Assembly (NCBI GenBank): GCA_024644805.1
Contig: JAHEHC010000001.1
Span: 1-59,820, forward strand
Origin: Flavobacterium sp.
GTDB taxonomy: Bacteria > Bacteroidota > Bacteroidia > Flavobacteriales > Flavobacteriaceae
DNA length: 59,820 bases
Direction of reading: 5' to 3'
In this document: one piece after another, positions 10,306 through 20,843 of the stretch
Layout of the letters: each line of letters opens with the position of its first letter
Numbering within the stretch: position 1 is the stretch's first letter
Made by a program: the position numbers and the translations under genes
The notes under the pieces: model-generated
What the model was told of the DNA's origin: nothing
What the model saw: the letters and a program-made list of their open reading frames with translations, nothing else
The model's database searches: none

Positions 10306-11445
10306 ATGAAACGTATTATAGTATTAGGAGCCGGCATGGTAGGAAGTGCAATCGCTATAGATCTTTCAAAGAAGCACCAGGTGACCCTTAGTGACTTCAG
10401 TACGGAAGTCCTTGATAAGGTTCAGAAGAAATGCAACTCCTTGAACACGTTACATCTTGATGTGACCCGGAATGAGTCACTAAAAAATGCGATAAAAGAA
10501 TTTGATCTGGTGGTATGCGCAGTCCCCGGATTTTTAGGTTTTCAGACCTTGAAGAATATCATTGAGGCTAAAAAGGATGTGGTCGATATTTCTTTTTTCT
10601 CAGAAAACTCACTGGATCTGAATGATCTGGCCAGAGAAAATAAGGTAACCGCTATAGTCGATTGTGGAGTGGCTCCAGGAATGGACAACATTATACTGGG
10701 CTATTATAACGAGATCATGAAGATCACCGATTTTGAATGTCTGGTTGGAGGGCTTCCCAAGAAGAAAAAATGGCCATTCAGCTATAAGGCACCTTTCTCA
10801 CCAATCGATGTTATTGAGGAATATACCCGTCCGGCACGTTATGTTGAACACGGCAAGATGGTCGTTAGAGAGGCTTTAACGGATTGTGAATATATCGATT
10901 TTGATGAGGTGGGCACTTTAGAGTCCTTTAACTCGGATGGTCTCAGATCGATCATTTTTACCATGCCGCATATTCCCAATATGAAGGAAAAGACCCTGCG
11001 CTATCCAGGACATGTAGAGTATGTAAAGGTCCTGAAGGAAAGTGGATTCTTCAATACAACACCGATCAAGATCAAGGGACAGGAAATCAGTCCTTTGGAT
11101 TTCACCAGTAAGATTCTCTTCGATGAGTGGAAACTGGGTGAGACCGAGGAAGAGCTGACCGTTATGAGGATTACGATCAAAGGAGAAAATTCAGATGGAG
11201 AGCACAAGGAGATCGTATACGATCTGTATGATGAATACTGTAATGAAACTCAAACATCATCCATGGCACGATGTACAGGCTATACTGCAACTGCAGCAGC
11301 AAACTTGGTTCTGGGAGGACTTTTCAATGAAAAAGGGGTTTTCCCTCCAGAGTTGGTGGGTAAACATGAAATTTGTTTTAATTATTTCCTTAATTATTTG
11401 AAAGAACGGAATGTGATCTATAGAAAGCGATCACGATCTATTTAA
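10306..11445 (+). CDS. saccharopine dehydrogenase / lysine 6-dehydrogenase family
   Basis: LGAGMVG Rossmann motif, DCGVAPG, EKTLRYPGH, SSMARCTG. Confidence 0.85.
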   Translation: MKRIIVLGAGMVGSAIAIDLSKKHQVTLSDFSTEVLDKVQKKCNSLNTLHLDVTRNESLKNAIKEFDLVVCAVPGFLGFQTLKNIIEAKKDVVDISFFSENSLDLNDLARENKVTAIVDCGVAPGMDNIILGYYNEIMKITDFECLVGGLPKKKKWPFSYKAPFSPIDVIEEYTRPARYVEHGKMVVREALTDCEYIDFDEVGTLESFNSDGLRSIIFTMPHIPNMKEKTLRYPGHVEYVKVLKESGFFNTTPIKIKGQEISPLDFTSKILFDEWKLGETEEELTVMRITIKGENSDGEHKEIVYDLYDEYCNETQTSSMARCTGYTATAAANLVLGGLFNEKGVFPPELVGKHEICFNYFLNYLKERNVIYRKRSRSI

Positions 11446-11494
11446 TTCCGATCATTCTCGAAAAGATTGTTTTGAATACCCTTATCTTTGAGTT

Positions 11495-13183
11495 ATGACA
11501 CCATCCACTATTTTGGAACTGATCGATCTTAATGTTTCCTTTGGAGTTAAAAAAAATAAGAAATCGGTTGTCCAGAACATTTCATTTAATATCAAGGAAA
11601 ATGAAATAGTGGGTGTCGTGGGAGAATCCGGTTCTGGAAAATCGGTCACTTCATTGGCCATCATGGGATTGTTACCAAAGAGAATTGCTCAGACTACCGG
11701 AAAAATTATCTATCAAAAAAAAGATCTTTTACAGGAGAAGGAGCGATCCAATCGCAGTATACGCGGAAAAGAGATTGCCATGATATTTCAAGAACCCATG
11801 AGTGCATTGAATCCTTCAATGACCTGTGGTTATCAGGTTTCAGAAATTTTACAGCTCCATCTCAAGTTTTCGAGATCTGAAGCAAAAAATGAGGCACTAT
11901 CCCTGTTTAAAAAAGTAAAGCTCCCTCGGCCTAAAGATATCTATACGAGTTATCCTCATCAGATCAGTGGTGGACAAATGCAGCGTGTTATGATCGCAAT
12001 GGCCATAGCTTGTAAGCCAAAATTATTGATCGCAGATGAACCTACAACTGCATTGGATGTGACCGTTCAGAAAGAGATCATTGCCCTGCTGAAGGAATTA
12101 CAAAAAGAGACGAAGATGAGTCTTTTGTTCATTTCTCATGATCTCAATTTGATCTCAGAGATCGCACAAAGAGTGGTTGTGATGTACCAGGGAAAGATCG
12201 TTGAAAAAGGTCCAGTTGAACAACTATTCTACGACCCAAAAGAAAAATATACACAGGCACTTCTGGAAGCCCGACCAAAAATGGAGGTACGCCTACATCG
12301 CCTTCCAACTATATCATCTATTCAAAGTGAACAATCAGAATCTCGAATTGTTAGTCCGCTGCAACGTGCCAACAAGCATAAAAGAATATATACAACGTCC
12401 CCAATTTTAGAGATTCGGAATGTGAAGAAGGAGTTCTATTCCAATGCATCGTTATTCAGTAAAAAAAATGTGATCAAGGCAGTTGATGATGTAAGCTTCA
12501 AAGTGTTTGAAGGAGAAACATTGGGTTTGGTAGGGGAATCTGGATGTGGAAAATCGACTTTGGGAAAGGCCATTCTTCAATTGGAAAAAGCCACTTCAGG
12601 CTCCATCTACTTTAGAGGTAAGGAGATCTCAGATCTATCCAAATTGGAAATGAGGAAATTACGCAAGGACATTCAACTGATCTTTCAGGATCCCTATTCG
12701 TCATTACACCCCAGATTGACCATTGGTGAGGCCATAACCGAGCCTATGATCGTCCACAATATTGGGACCAACTCCAGAGATAGAAAAAAAAGGGTTTTTA
12801 AATTATTGGAGAAAGTGGGGCTTGAAAAGGAGTACTATTTTCGATATCCGCATGAGTTATCTGGTGGCCAGAGACAGCGGGTAGGCATCGCACGAACCAT
12901 CGCCTTGGAACCAAAACTAGTGATCTGTGACGAATCGGTCTCGGCGCTGGATATATCCCTTCAGGCTCAAGTGCTCAATCTTTTAAATGATCTTAAGGAA
13001 GATTTTAATTTTACCTATATATTTATTTCGCACGATCTTGCAGTGGTAAAATATATGTCCGACCAATTGATGGTGATGAAAGAAGGAAAGATCGAAGAGA
13101 TTGGAGATGCGGACGAGATCTATGCCAATCCGGCCAAGGAATATACCCGAAAGCTGATCGATTCCATTCCAAAAGGGAAATAA
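11495..13183 (+). CDS. peptide/nickel-type ABC transporter ATP-binding protein, duplicated ATPase domains
   Basis: GESGSGKS and GESGCGKS Walker A; ISGGQ and LSGGQ signatures. Confidence 0.92.
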   Translation: MTPSTILELIDLNVSFGVKKNKKSVVQNISFNIKENEIVGVVGESGSGKSVTSLAIMGLLPKRIAQTTGKIIYQKKDLLQEKERSNRSIRGKEIAMIFQEPMSALNPSMTCGYQVSEILQLHLKFSRSEAKNEALSLFKKVKLPRPKDIYTSYPHQISGGQMQRVMIAMAIACKPKLLIADEPTTALDVTVQKEIIALLKELQKETKMSLLFISHDLNLISEIAQRVVVMYQGKIVEKGPVEQLFYDPKEKYTQALLEARPKMEVRLHRLPTISSIQSEQSESRIVSPLQRANKHKRIYTTSPILEIRNVKKEFYSNASLFSKKNVIKAVDDVSFKVFEGETLGLVGESGCGKSTLGKAILQLEKATSGSIYFRGKEISDLSKLEMRKLRKDIQLIFQDPYSSLHPRLTIGEAITEPMIVHNIGTNSRDRKKRVFKLLEKVGLEKEYYFRYPHELSGGQRQRVGIARTIALEPKLVICDESVSALDISLQAQVLNLLNDLKEDFNFTYIFISHDLAVVKYMSDQLMVMKEGKIEEIGDADEIYANPAKEYTRKLIDSIPKGK

Positions 13184-13217
13184 AAAAGCCCGTTCAAACC
13201 TCACAATGAACGGGCTT
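13182..13217 (-). terminator. rho-independent terminator (U-tract on minus strand)
   Basis: AAGCCCGTTCA (13186-96) / TGAACGGGCTT (13207-17) stem; A-run 13182-87. Confidence 0.75.
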
Positions 13218-13269
13218 ACCTCTATCTGTATCGTTGCAGACTTGGGGTTTAATTAACTCTCAAATAATA

Positions 13270-13359
13270 TTACATTATTAAAAACACTTTCTTAGCAACA
13301 AACATTATGTTCTTGAGTAACTGTATCGTATCTCTCAATGCTAAAATGAACTTCTTCAT
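13270..13359 (-). CDS. putative 29-aa small protein MKKFILALRDTIQLLKNIMFVAKKVFLIM (not in ORF track)
   Basis: ATG 13359 to TAA 13270; directly upstream of same-strand terminator; -7-like TAGATATTAG at 13400-13391. Confidence 0.5.
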   Translation of the reverse strand: MKKFILALRDTIQLLKNIMFVAKKVFLIM

Positions 13360-13541
13360 AAGTAGGTTACATTCGTTAGTTTTGGGACTGCTAATATCTA
13401 AAGATTTAATCTATAAAAACGATAAACCGCATTATTATTCGATATAATGCATGTTATTTTAACATTTTTACCAGATAAATAGGAATATTCTTATAAAAAG
13501 AATGAAAATAATAACAAGTCAGGATTTGTTGATCGAAAAGA

Positions 13542-14201
13542 TCAGGAAAGGATCATCTCTGGTATATCTCCTTCAACCACCAGATCGCCTTCGGTGGCTT
13601 CTTGAATTTCTTCCACAGTAACCCCGGGGGCTCTTTCAAGTAATTTAAAATGGCCATCAACCACTTCCAGGACCGCGAGGTTTGTAACGATCTTCTTAAC
13701 ACAGTTCACACCGGTAAGTGGCAGTGTACAGGTTTTCAAAAGCTTGGATTCGCCGGCTCTATTGGTATGCAACATGGCCACAATGATATTTTCGGCTGAG
13801 GCAACAAGATCCATAGCTCCTCCCATTCCCTTTACCATTTTACCGGGAATTTTCCAGTTGGCTATATCTCCATTCTGGGAAACTTCCATAGCTCCCAATA
13901 TGGTAAGGTCTACGTGTTGACCACGGATCATCGAAAAACTCATTGCCGAATCAAAGAATGAAGCGCCCGGCAATGTCGTTATGGTCTGTTTCCCTGCATT
14001 GATCAGATCGGGATCCTCTTCCCCTTCAAAGGGGAAGGGTCCCATACCAAGTACGCCATTCTCACTTTGGAAATCAACATCGATATCGTCTCTGACGAAA
14101 TTGGCCACCAATGTTGGGATCCCAATACCCAGATTTACATAATATCCGTCTTTTACCTCTTTAGCTATACGTTGAGCTATTTGTTCCTTGGATAGTGCCA
14201 T
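13542..14201 (-). CDS. scoB: succinyl-CoA:3-oxoacid CoA-transferase subunit B
   Basis: NLGIGIPT, QSENG catalytic Glu, KGMGGAMDL. Confidence 0.9.
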   Translation of the reverse strand: MALSKEQIAQRIAKEVKDGYYVNLGIGIPTLVANFVRDDIDVDFQSENGVLGMGPFPFEGEEDPDLINAGKQTITTLPGASFFDSAMSFSMIRGQHVDLTILGAMEVSQNGDIANWKIPGKMVKGMGGAMDLVASAENIIVAMLHTNRAGESKLLKTCTLPLTGVNCVKKIVTNLAVLEVVDGHFKLLERAPGVTVEEIQEATEGDLVVEGDIPEMILS

Positions 14202-14902
14202 TAGTCTTTCTTTCTTATGGTTAATTGTTCTATTCGCTTCTCATACTTTTCACCTTGAAAAATACGCTGCACGAATATTCCGGGGATATGAATGGAATTG
14301 GGATCCAATACCCCAACCGGCAGTAATTCTTCAACTTCTGCAACAGTAATTGTTGCTGCTCCACACATATTGGGATTGAAGTTTCTCGCGCTTCCTTTAA
14401 AGATCAAATTTCCGGCAACATCGCCCTTCCAGGCCTTGACAAATGCGAAGTCGGCTTTGAATGCTTTCTCCAAGATATGCCATTTACCATTGAACTCTCG
14501 GGCTTCTTTACCTTCAGCGACCTCAGTACCATAACCCGCAGGAGTGTAAAACGCCGGAATTCCACTTTGAGCTGCCTGACACCGTTGTGCCAAAGTTCCC
14601 TGAGGGATCAATTCAACTTCCAGTTCTCCACTTAACATCTGACGTTCAAATTCGGCATTCTCGCCAACATAGGATGAGATCATTTTTCTGATCTGATGTT
14701 TCCTGAGTAATAGTCCCAGGCCAAAATCATCCACACCAGCATTGTTTGAAATACAGGTTACATCCTTTACATTTAGTCGTACCAACTCGTTAATTGAATT
14801 TTCCGGGATCCCGCTTAAGCCAAAACCTCCCAGCATAAAAGTCATCCCATCTTGAATCCCTTGGCAGGCCTCCTGAACATTAGTTACAGTCTTATTTATC
14901 AT
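14201..14902 (-). CDS. scoA: succinyl-CoA:3-oxoacid CoA-transferase subunit A
   Basis: [27 protein letters not shown]; overlaps scoB start. Confidence 0.9.
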   Translation of the reverse strand: MINKTVTNVQEACQGIQDGMTFMLGGFGLSGIPENSINELVRLNVKDVTCISNNAGVDDFGLGLLLRKHQIRKMISSYVGENAEFERQMLSGELEVELIPQGTLAQRCQAAQSGIPAFYTPAGYGTEVAEGKEAREFNGKWHILEKAFKADFAFVKAWKGDVAGNLIFKGSARNFNPNMCGAATITVAEVEELLPVGVLDPNSIHIPGIFVQRIFQGEKYEKRIEQLTIRKKD

Positions 14903-14979
14903 GAAGTAATATATTTCTTTAAAAATACGAAATTAGAGGGAATCAAATTCTATTAAGACCGATATTTTATGAATCAATT

Positions 14980-17289
14980 CTAAAGGTCAAATTCACTTGG
15001 GATATCATCTCTGTTCTCATTCTCTTCCTTCCATTTTGAGCAATCGGTCTCAATGCTCAGGTCCTCAGGTTTTGTAAATTCCTCAGTTGATACATTCAAG
15101 GCTTCATCCTCATAACATTTGCGCATATAAATTCCCCAAATTGGTAAGGCCATGGTTGCTCCTTGTCCATAGGCAGTGTTTGAGAAATGGGTAGCTCTGT
15201 CTTCACCGCCTACCCAAACGCCGGTAACCAGATTGGGGACCATCCCCATGAACCAACCATCACTGTTATTTTGTGTTGTTCCGGTTTTTCCAGCTATAGG
15301 ATTTTTGAAGTCGTATGGGTATCCGGTTACAGCACTATCGTAGACCGGCGAACCTTTTCTCCAGGTTCCTCTTAATCTCGATCCAGAACCAGACTGAGTG
15401 ACCCCTTCCAGTAAGCTGATGGTCACGTAGGCAGCCTCCTTGCTGATGACATCTTTTGCGACCGGTACATTCTGATATAATATAGTTCCGTTCTTGTCTT
15501 CTATCCGGGTGATCAATGTAGGTTCAATATAGATGCCCTGATTTGCAAATGTGCTATAGGCACCTACCATTTCGTATAGGGATAGATCTGCCGTTCCAAG
15601 TGCAATAGATGGTGCTTCAGGGATCTCTTCGGTTTCAACCCCCATCTTATCAATAAGTTCGATCACGGGTCTTGGCCCAACGCGATCGATCAATCGGGCT
15701 GTTACCGTATTGATCGATTGGGCCAGAGCTGCTTTCAAAGTGAGCATCCCACCATATTCCCCGCTGGAATTCTTTGGAGTCCAGGGTTCTAAGAGGCCGT
15801 ATTTACCAGTTTCAATGGTATATGGGGTATTCGGTAGTGTGTCGCAGGGCGACATGTGCATCTGATCGATAACAGTAGCATAAACAAAAGGCTTAAAGGT
15901 CGATCCAATTTGTCGCTTGCCTTTTTTAACCATGTCGTATTTATAATGCTTATATTCAATTCCTCCTACCCATGCCTTGACTTCGCCGGTTTGCGGGGTC
16001 ATTGAAAGCAGCGATGCCTGTAGAAACTTCTTATGATAACGTATGGAATCCATTGGAGTCATAACGGTGTCTTTACTACCCTCCCAGGTAAATATCTTCA
16101 TCGGGATCTCCTTGTGAAAACTGTCAATAATATCCTTTTCTTTGATCCCCTTGTTCTTCATTTCTCTCCAACGATCACTTCGCCGCATGGCCGAATTTAG
16201 AATGGTCTCTATTTCAGCTGGGGTAATGTCTCTAAACGGTGCAATTCTATTCTTCCTGTTCTGTTTATCGAATTCCTTTTGAATATGCTTCATATGCTCA
16301 TCGACAGCCTCTTCGGCATATTCTTGCATTTTTGAATCTATGGTTGTGAAGATCTTAAGTCCGTCGCTATAGATATTATAATTTGAACCGTCGGTCTTAG
16401 GATTTTCTTCAGTCCAATCGTGCATAAATGAACGGACATATTCTCTGAAATAAGTGGCGATCCCTTCGTCATGTCCCTGTGGAGTGAAGTCGATCGTTAA
16501 TGGGGTTTGTTGTAGTGAATCCCTATCATCTTTAGTTAAGAAGCCATATTTTGCCATTTGACCCAGAACAACATTCCTCCTGTTTTGAACGCCTTCAGGG
16601 TTCCTCCTAGGATTATACAATGAGGCATTTTTAAACATCCCCACCAAAATAGCAGATTCAGAAATGGTAAGCTCGGATGGAGGTTTATTGAAATAGATAT
16701 GGGAGGCCGATTCTATACCTATCGCCTCATTAACAAAATCGTATTCATTGAAATACATGGTGATGATCTCCTCCTTGGTGTATCTCCTTTCCAATCGAAT
16801 GGCGATCACCCATTCTTTTATCTTCTGCTTGACTCGATCTAATTTGTTGCGTGATACGGATTCGGTGAAGAACAATTTGGCCAATTGCTGGCTGATCGTA
16901 CTGGCACCTCCTCTGGTTCCCAAAAAGGCTATTGCCCTAAAAGTTCCTTTTGCATCGATCCCGGAATGATCATAGAATCGTACATCCTCTGTTGCGATAA
17001 GTGCATTGACCAGGTGCTTGGGAAGATCTTCAAATTGAACTGGTGTTCTATTCTCCTTATAGAATTTACCAATGGTCTGGCCGTCTGTCGAAATGATCTC
17101 GGTGGCCAGGTTCTTTTCAGGATTCTCTAGGCTGGTCTCATCCGGCAGTTTTCCAAATAATCCCCAACTCGCCAATACAAATACCAGAAAAAACAAAATG
17201 ATCCCGGACAGAATTAACTTCCAGAACGTCTTCCTATGACGTTTCTCATCTTTAGCCAAAGATCTCTTTGATTTCTTTTTAGTTGCCAT
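14980..17289 (-). CDS. class A penicillin-binding protein 1A (transglycosylase + transpeptidase)
   Basis: EDxRFYDHxG, GASTISQQLAK, STFK, SIN, KTG motifs. Confidence 0.92.
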   Translation of the reverse strand: MATKKKSKRSLAKDEKRHRKTFWKLILSGIILFFLVFVLASWGLFGKLPDETSLENPEKNLATEIISTDGQTIGKFYKENRTPVQFEDLPKHLVNALIATEDVRFYDHSGIDAKGTFRAIAFLGTRGGASTISQQLAKLFFTESVSRNKLDRVKQKIKEWVIAIRLERRYTKEEIITMYFNEYDFVNEAIGIESASHIYFNKPPSELTISESAILVGMFKNASLYNPRRNPEGVQNRRNVVLGQMAKYGFLTKDDRDSLQQTPLTIDFTPQGHDEGIATYFREYVRSFMHDWTEENPKTDGSNYNIYSDGLKIFTTIDSKMQEYAEEAVDEHMKHIQKEFDKQNRKNRIAPFRDITPAEIETILNSAMRRSDRWREMKNKGIKEKDIIDSFHKEIPMKIFTWEGSKDTVMTPMDSIRYHKKFLQASLLSMTPQTGEVKAWVGGIEYKHYKYDMVKKGKRQIGSTFKPFVYATVIDQMHMSPCDTLPNTPYTIETGKYGLLEPWTPKNSSGEYGGMLTLKAALAQSINTVTARLIDRVGPRPVIELIDKMGVETEEIPEAPSIALGTADLSLYEMVGAYSTFANQGIYIEPTLITRIEDKNGTILYQNVPVAKDVISKEAAYVTISLLEGVTQSGSGSRLRGTWRKGSPVYDSAVTGYPYDFKNPIAGKTGTTQNNSDGWFMGMVPNLVTGVWVGGEDRATHFSNTAYGQGATMALPIWGIYMRKCYEDEALNVSTEEFTKPEDLSIETDCSKWKEENENRDDIPSEFDL

Positions 17290-17292
17290 GTA

Positions 17293-17775
17293 TCAATTGG
17301 TGTTTTCCTCGATGCTGATCCCTACATCTGTAATGCCTTCAAGTTGGGTAACGCCGTCAAGCTCCCCGTTATTGCGTACAGCGTGACGGATTGATATCTT
17401 ATATTCGCCATTTTCAAAAAAGGAAACTCCTTCCTTATACCAAAGCTTATTGTCTTTGACACTGCCCAATCCTTTGCCCAACCATTTTCCGTCGGGGCTG
17501 GCCATGCGGTATTCCAGTGTGTCTGTAATGGTTTTTCCATGGGGAAATTCCAAGGAAACGATCAGAAAAAGATTATTGAATCTGTAATCATTGGTGTTTC
17601 TGATATTGATAAACAGATCATATTTTTTAAGGGTATCCATCTGGGGAATGGTAAATTCAACCACCTCATCCTTATCCCAATAGCCCGGCATCGATCGGTT
17701 CTTACTGATTTGATCATTTGTAGTACAGGATATAAAAAATATCAAAATCCATAAAACAGAATACGTTCTATTCAT
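17293..17775 (-). CDS. gldH: gliding motility lipoprotein GldH
   Basis: Lipobox ISC; RNTNDYRFNNLFL, DTLEY..A.PDGKWLGKG; ricT-gldH-PBP order. Confidence 0.88.
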   Translation of the reverse strand: MNRTYSVLWILIFFISCTTNDQISKNRSMPGYWDKDEVVEFTIPQMDTLKKYDLFINIRNTNDYRFNNLFLIVSLEFPHGKTITDTLEYRMASPDGKWLGKGLGSVKDNKLWYKEGVSFFENGEYKISIRHAVRNNGELDGVTQLEGITDVGISIEENTN

Positions 17776-18940
17776 TTCTTTTCCTGTTACGATTGTTTTG
17801 CTTATTTCTCTGATTATTTTGAGGACGTTTTCTTTTCTTTCTTCTTTTTGGTGTGTCGAATCGGGTCAGGCTATCTTGTCCAACAACATCTTTGAATATT
17901 GATGATTTATCGATTTCATCCTCCATCGCAAAATCTTCCAATGAGGAGGCTTTTTTTCCATTTTTATTGATAAGAATGATCTCATTGGCCCTGTCTGCAG
18001 ATAGCATATGCCAATTCATACTATTCTCTTCGTAGGCATACCACAACATCCCTTTGAATATATCAACCTTCTGACATACTGCAGATCCTGTTTCGGTATG
18101 TAAATTGATCTCCGTTCGTGGAAAATTCTTAAGGGCCTCAAGATACATATCCAACTCATAGTTCAGGCAACATTTCAACTTACCACATTGCCCTGCCAAT
18201 TTTTGTGGGTTCAAAGAAAGTTGCTGGTATCGGGCTGCTGAGGTCTTTACCGACCTGAAATCAGTTAACCAGGTGGAACAACATAATTCCCTTCCGCAGG
18301 AACCAATACCTCCCAATCGGGCTGCTTCCTGTCTGAATCCAACCTGCTTCATTTCAATCCGGGTACTAAATGCCCTCGCAAAATCTTTGATAAGTTGCCT
18401 GAAGTCTACCCGCTCTTCTGCTGTGTAATAAAAAATTGCCTTCGATCCGTCACCCTGATATTCTACATCCGATATTTTCATCTTCAGATCCAGATGCATT
18501 GCGATCTCACGGGATCTTTTCTGGATCTCTGGCTCTCTGTCTCGCACCTTTTGCCACATATCGATATCCGACTGAGAGGCTTTGCGATAAATTTTAGGTA
18601 GTTGTTCGATCTCGGGATCTTGTTTCTTCTTCTTCATCTGAATTCGAACCAATTCACCGGTCAACGTAACAATTCCAATATCATGTCCGGGAGAGGCTTC
18701 TGTTGCCACAACATCACCAATATTCAAGGAAAGCGAGGAAGTATTCTGATAAAATAATTTCCTTCCATTCTTAAAGCGCACCTCAACTCCCTTAAAGGGT
18801 TTTTCGTTGCCGGGAAGTGCCATGTTGGATAGCCAGTCGAATACCGTCAGTTTGTTACATCCATCAGCCCCACAGGTTCCATTATTCCTGCATCCTTCCG
18901 GCTGTTTTGAGGTACTTGTTGTACATTGAGTACAGCCCAT
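17768..18940 (-). CDS. ricT: PSP1-domain / RicT (YaaT) family Fe-S regulatory protein
   Basis: GSCGRELCC, GQCGKLKCCLNYE, RVDFRQLIK. Confidence 0.88.
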   Translation of the reverse strand: MGCTQCTTSTSKQPEGCRNNGTCGADGCNKLTVFDWLSNMALPGNEKPFKGVEVRFKNGRKLFYQNTSSLSLNIGDVVATEASPGHDIGIVTLTGELVRIQMKKKKQDPEIEQLPKIYRKASQSDIDMWQKVRDREPEIQKRSREIAMHLDLKMKISDVEYQGDGSKAIFYYTAEERVDFRQLIKDFARAFSTRIEMKQVGFRQEAARLGGIGSCGRELCCSTWLTDFRSVKTSAARYQQLSLNPQKLAGQCGKLKCCLNYELDMYLEALKNFPRTEINLHTETGSAVCQKVDIFKGMLWYAYEENSMNWHMLSADRANEIILINKNGKKASSLEDFAMEDEIDKSSIFKDVVGQDSLTRFDTPKRRKKRKRPQNNQRNKQNNRNRKRNE

Positions 18941-19153
18941 AAATACTATATATAGATCTCTTTCATAAAAAAAAGAGAGGCATATTAAACAATCATTTGA
19001 AAAGAAATCGGTAACGATTCCTTATATCCGAGTAAAGATATTAATTATATATAAACCTGCTTATTTTATTGATAGTTTTCTTATTTTCCCATTGTGCTAC
19101 AGATAAAGAAATAGTATCTTAGCCTACTTTGTTTAAGATAATAGATAATTCAT

Positions 19154-20158
19154 ATGAGTAACGAAAAAGAAGCCAAATTAAAAGCACTTAAGCTTACCTT
19201 GGATAAACTGGATAAGACCTACGGAAAAGGAACTGTAATGAAAATGGGAGACGCTGTTGTAGAAGAGGTCGAGGTGATCCCTTCAGGTTCGCTCGGGCTG
19301 GATATTGCATTGGGTGTGGGCGGTTATCCGAGAGGCAGGGTCATTGAGATCTATGGGCCGGAATCTTCAGGGAAGACCACACTTACCCTTCATGCCATCG
19401 CCGAATGTCAGAAAAAGGGGGGAATAGCCGCATTTATTGATGCTGAACATGCTTTTGACCGGTATTATGCTGAAAAATTAGGAATTGATATTGAGAATTT
19501 GATCATTTCTCAGCCCGATAATGGCGAACAGGCCCTGGAAATTGCAGATAACCTCATTCGAAGTGGTGCAATTGATATAATAGTGATCGATTCGGTGGCA
19601 GCTCTTACTCCCAAAAGTGAGATCGAAGGTGAAATGGGAGATTCAAAAATGGGTCTTCACGCACGATTGATGTCTCAAGCACTAAGAAAATTAACGGCTT
19701 CGATAAGCAAGACCCATTGCACGGTGATCTTTATCAACCAATTGCGAGAAAAGATTGGTGTTATGTTTGGAAACCCGGAGACCACCACCGGCGGAAATGC
19801 CTTAAAATTCTATAGCTCTGTTCGTTTGGATATCAGGAGATCTACTCAAATCAAGAATGTTAACAGTGAGGTCTTGGGGAACAAAACTCGAGTAAAAGTG
19901 GTCAAAAACAAAGTTGCCCCTCCATTTAAACTGGCTGAATTTGATATCATGTACGGAACAGGAATATCCAAATTGGGTGAGGTCATCGATCTGGGAGTTG
20001 ATTATGACATCATAAAGAAAAGCGGTTCTTGGTTTAGTTATGATGAGACAAAATTAGGACAGGGAAGGGAAGCTGTTAAAGCACTCTTGGTAGACAATCC
20101 CGAGTTAATGGAAGAACTGGAGGCAAAGATAAAAGAGGCTATTTCGGCTGGTAAATAA
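19154..20158 (+). CDS. recA: recombinase RecA
   Basis: [27 protein letters not shown]. Confidence 0.99.
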   Translation: MSNEKEAKLKALKLTLDKLDKTYGKGTVMKMGDAVVEEVEVIPSGSLGLDIALGVGGYPRGRVIEIYGPESSGKTTLTLHAIAECQKKGGIAAFIDAEHAFDRYYAEKLGIDIENLIISQPDNGEQALEIADNLIRSGAIDIIVIDSVAALTPKSEIEGEMGDSKMGLHARLMSQALRKLTASISKTHCTVIFINQLREKIGVMFGNPETTTGGNALKFYSSVRLDIRRSTQIKNVNSEVLGNKTRVKVVKNKVAPPFKLAEFDIMYGTGISKLGEVIDLGVDYDIIKKSGSWFSYDETKLGQGREAVKALLVDNPELMEELEAKIKEAISAGK

Positions 20159-20175
20159 ATAATTTTTACCCAAAA

Positions 20176-20202
20176 CGCAACCTAACCTTCAATTTGGTAT
20201 CT
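20176..20202 (+). promoter_or_regulatory. putative ECF-sigma (autoregulatory) promoter
   Basis: cGCAAC (20176-81), 16 bp spacer, TATCT (20198-202) upstream of the ECF gene. Confidence 0.4.
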
Positions 20203-20288
20203 ACTAATTGTAGATGCCTGAATTATAGTGGTTTCTTACCTTTATGGTAGGTACAATCAATATTAACCAATACAATTCGGTACTACGT

Positions 20289-20843
20289 TTGACATTAGAA
20301 GAGCTCATATTAAATTGTAAGAAGCACGATGCTAAAGCTCAGGAAGTATTATATAAGACGTATTCCGGTACCTTATTTTCTGTATGCTTGAAGTATTCCA
20401 GGAGTTATCCCGAAGCCGAGGATAACCTACAAGATACCTTCCTTACCATTTTTACCAGAATTGAGCAATTCGAAGGAAAGGGTTCTTTTGAAGGATGGAT
20501 GAAAAGAATTGCTGTAAATACAGTACTTCAAAAATATCGTAAGCAAAAGGTATTTAATCTGTCCAATGAAGAACAGATAGAAGAGGACCTTGATATTGAA
20601 ATAGAGGATCATGGTGTTCCATTGGACTTCTTGCTGAAGATCATACAGGAATTGCCCGATCGATATCGATTGGTTTTTACCATGTACGTCATGGATGATT
20701 ATCCTCATAAGGAGATCTCAGATCTTCTTGGAATTTCAGAAGGCACCTCGAAATCAAATCTTTCACGAGCAAGAAAGATTTTAAAGAATAAGATAGAAAC
20801 CTATTATACCGATTCCAAGGATCGGAACGTGAATGATACATGA
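20289..20843 (+). CDS. ECF RNA polymerase sigma-70 factor
   Basis: AEDNLQDTF, FEGWMKRIAVN, HKEIS..LGISEGTSKSNLSRAR; TTG 20289 more typical than ATG 20244 (start uncertain). Confidence 0.9.
   Translation: MTLEELILNCKKHDAKAQEVLYKTYSGTLFSVCLKYSRSYPEAEDNLQDTFLTIFTRIEQFEGKGSFEGWMKRIAVNTVLQKYRKQKVFNLSNEEQIEEDLDIEIEDHGVPLDFLLKIIQELPDRYRLVFTMYVMDDYPHKEISDLLGISEGTSKSNLSRARKILKNKIETYYTDSKDRNVNDT

Noticed and set aside
11495-13183. ABC ATPase without adjacent permease
   Set aside because: Dispersed ABC components are routine in Bacteroidota
14874-14887. TGAAC-ATTA-GTTAC near-match to the operator
   Set aside because: Inside scoA coding sequence with the left GT changed; likely chance
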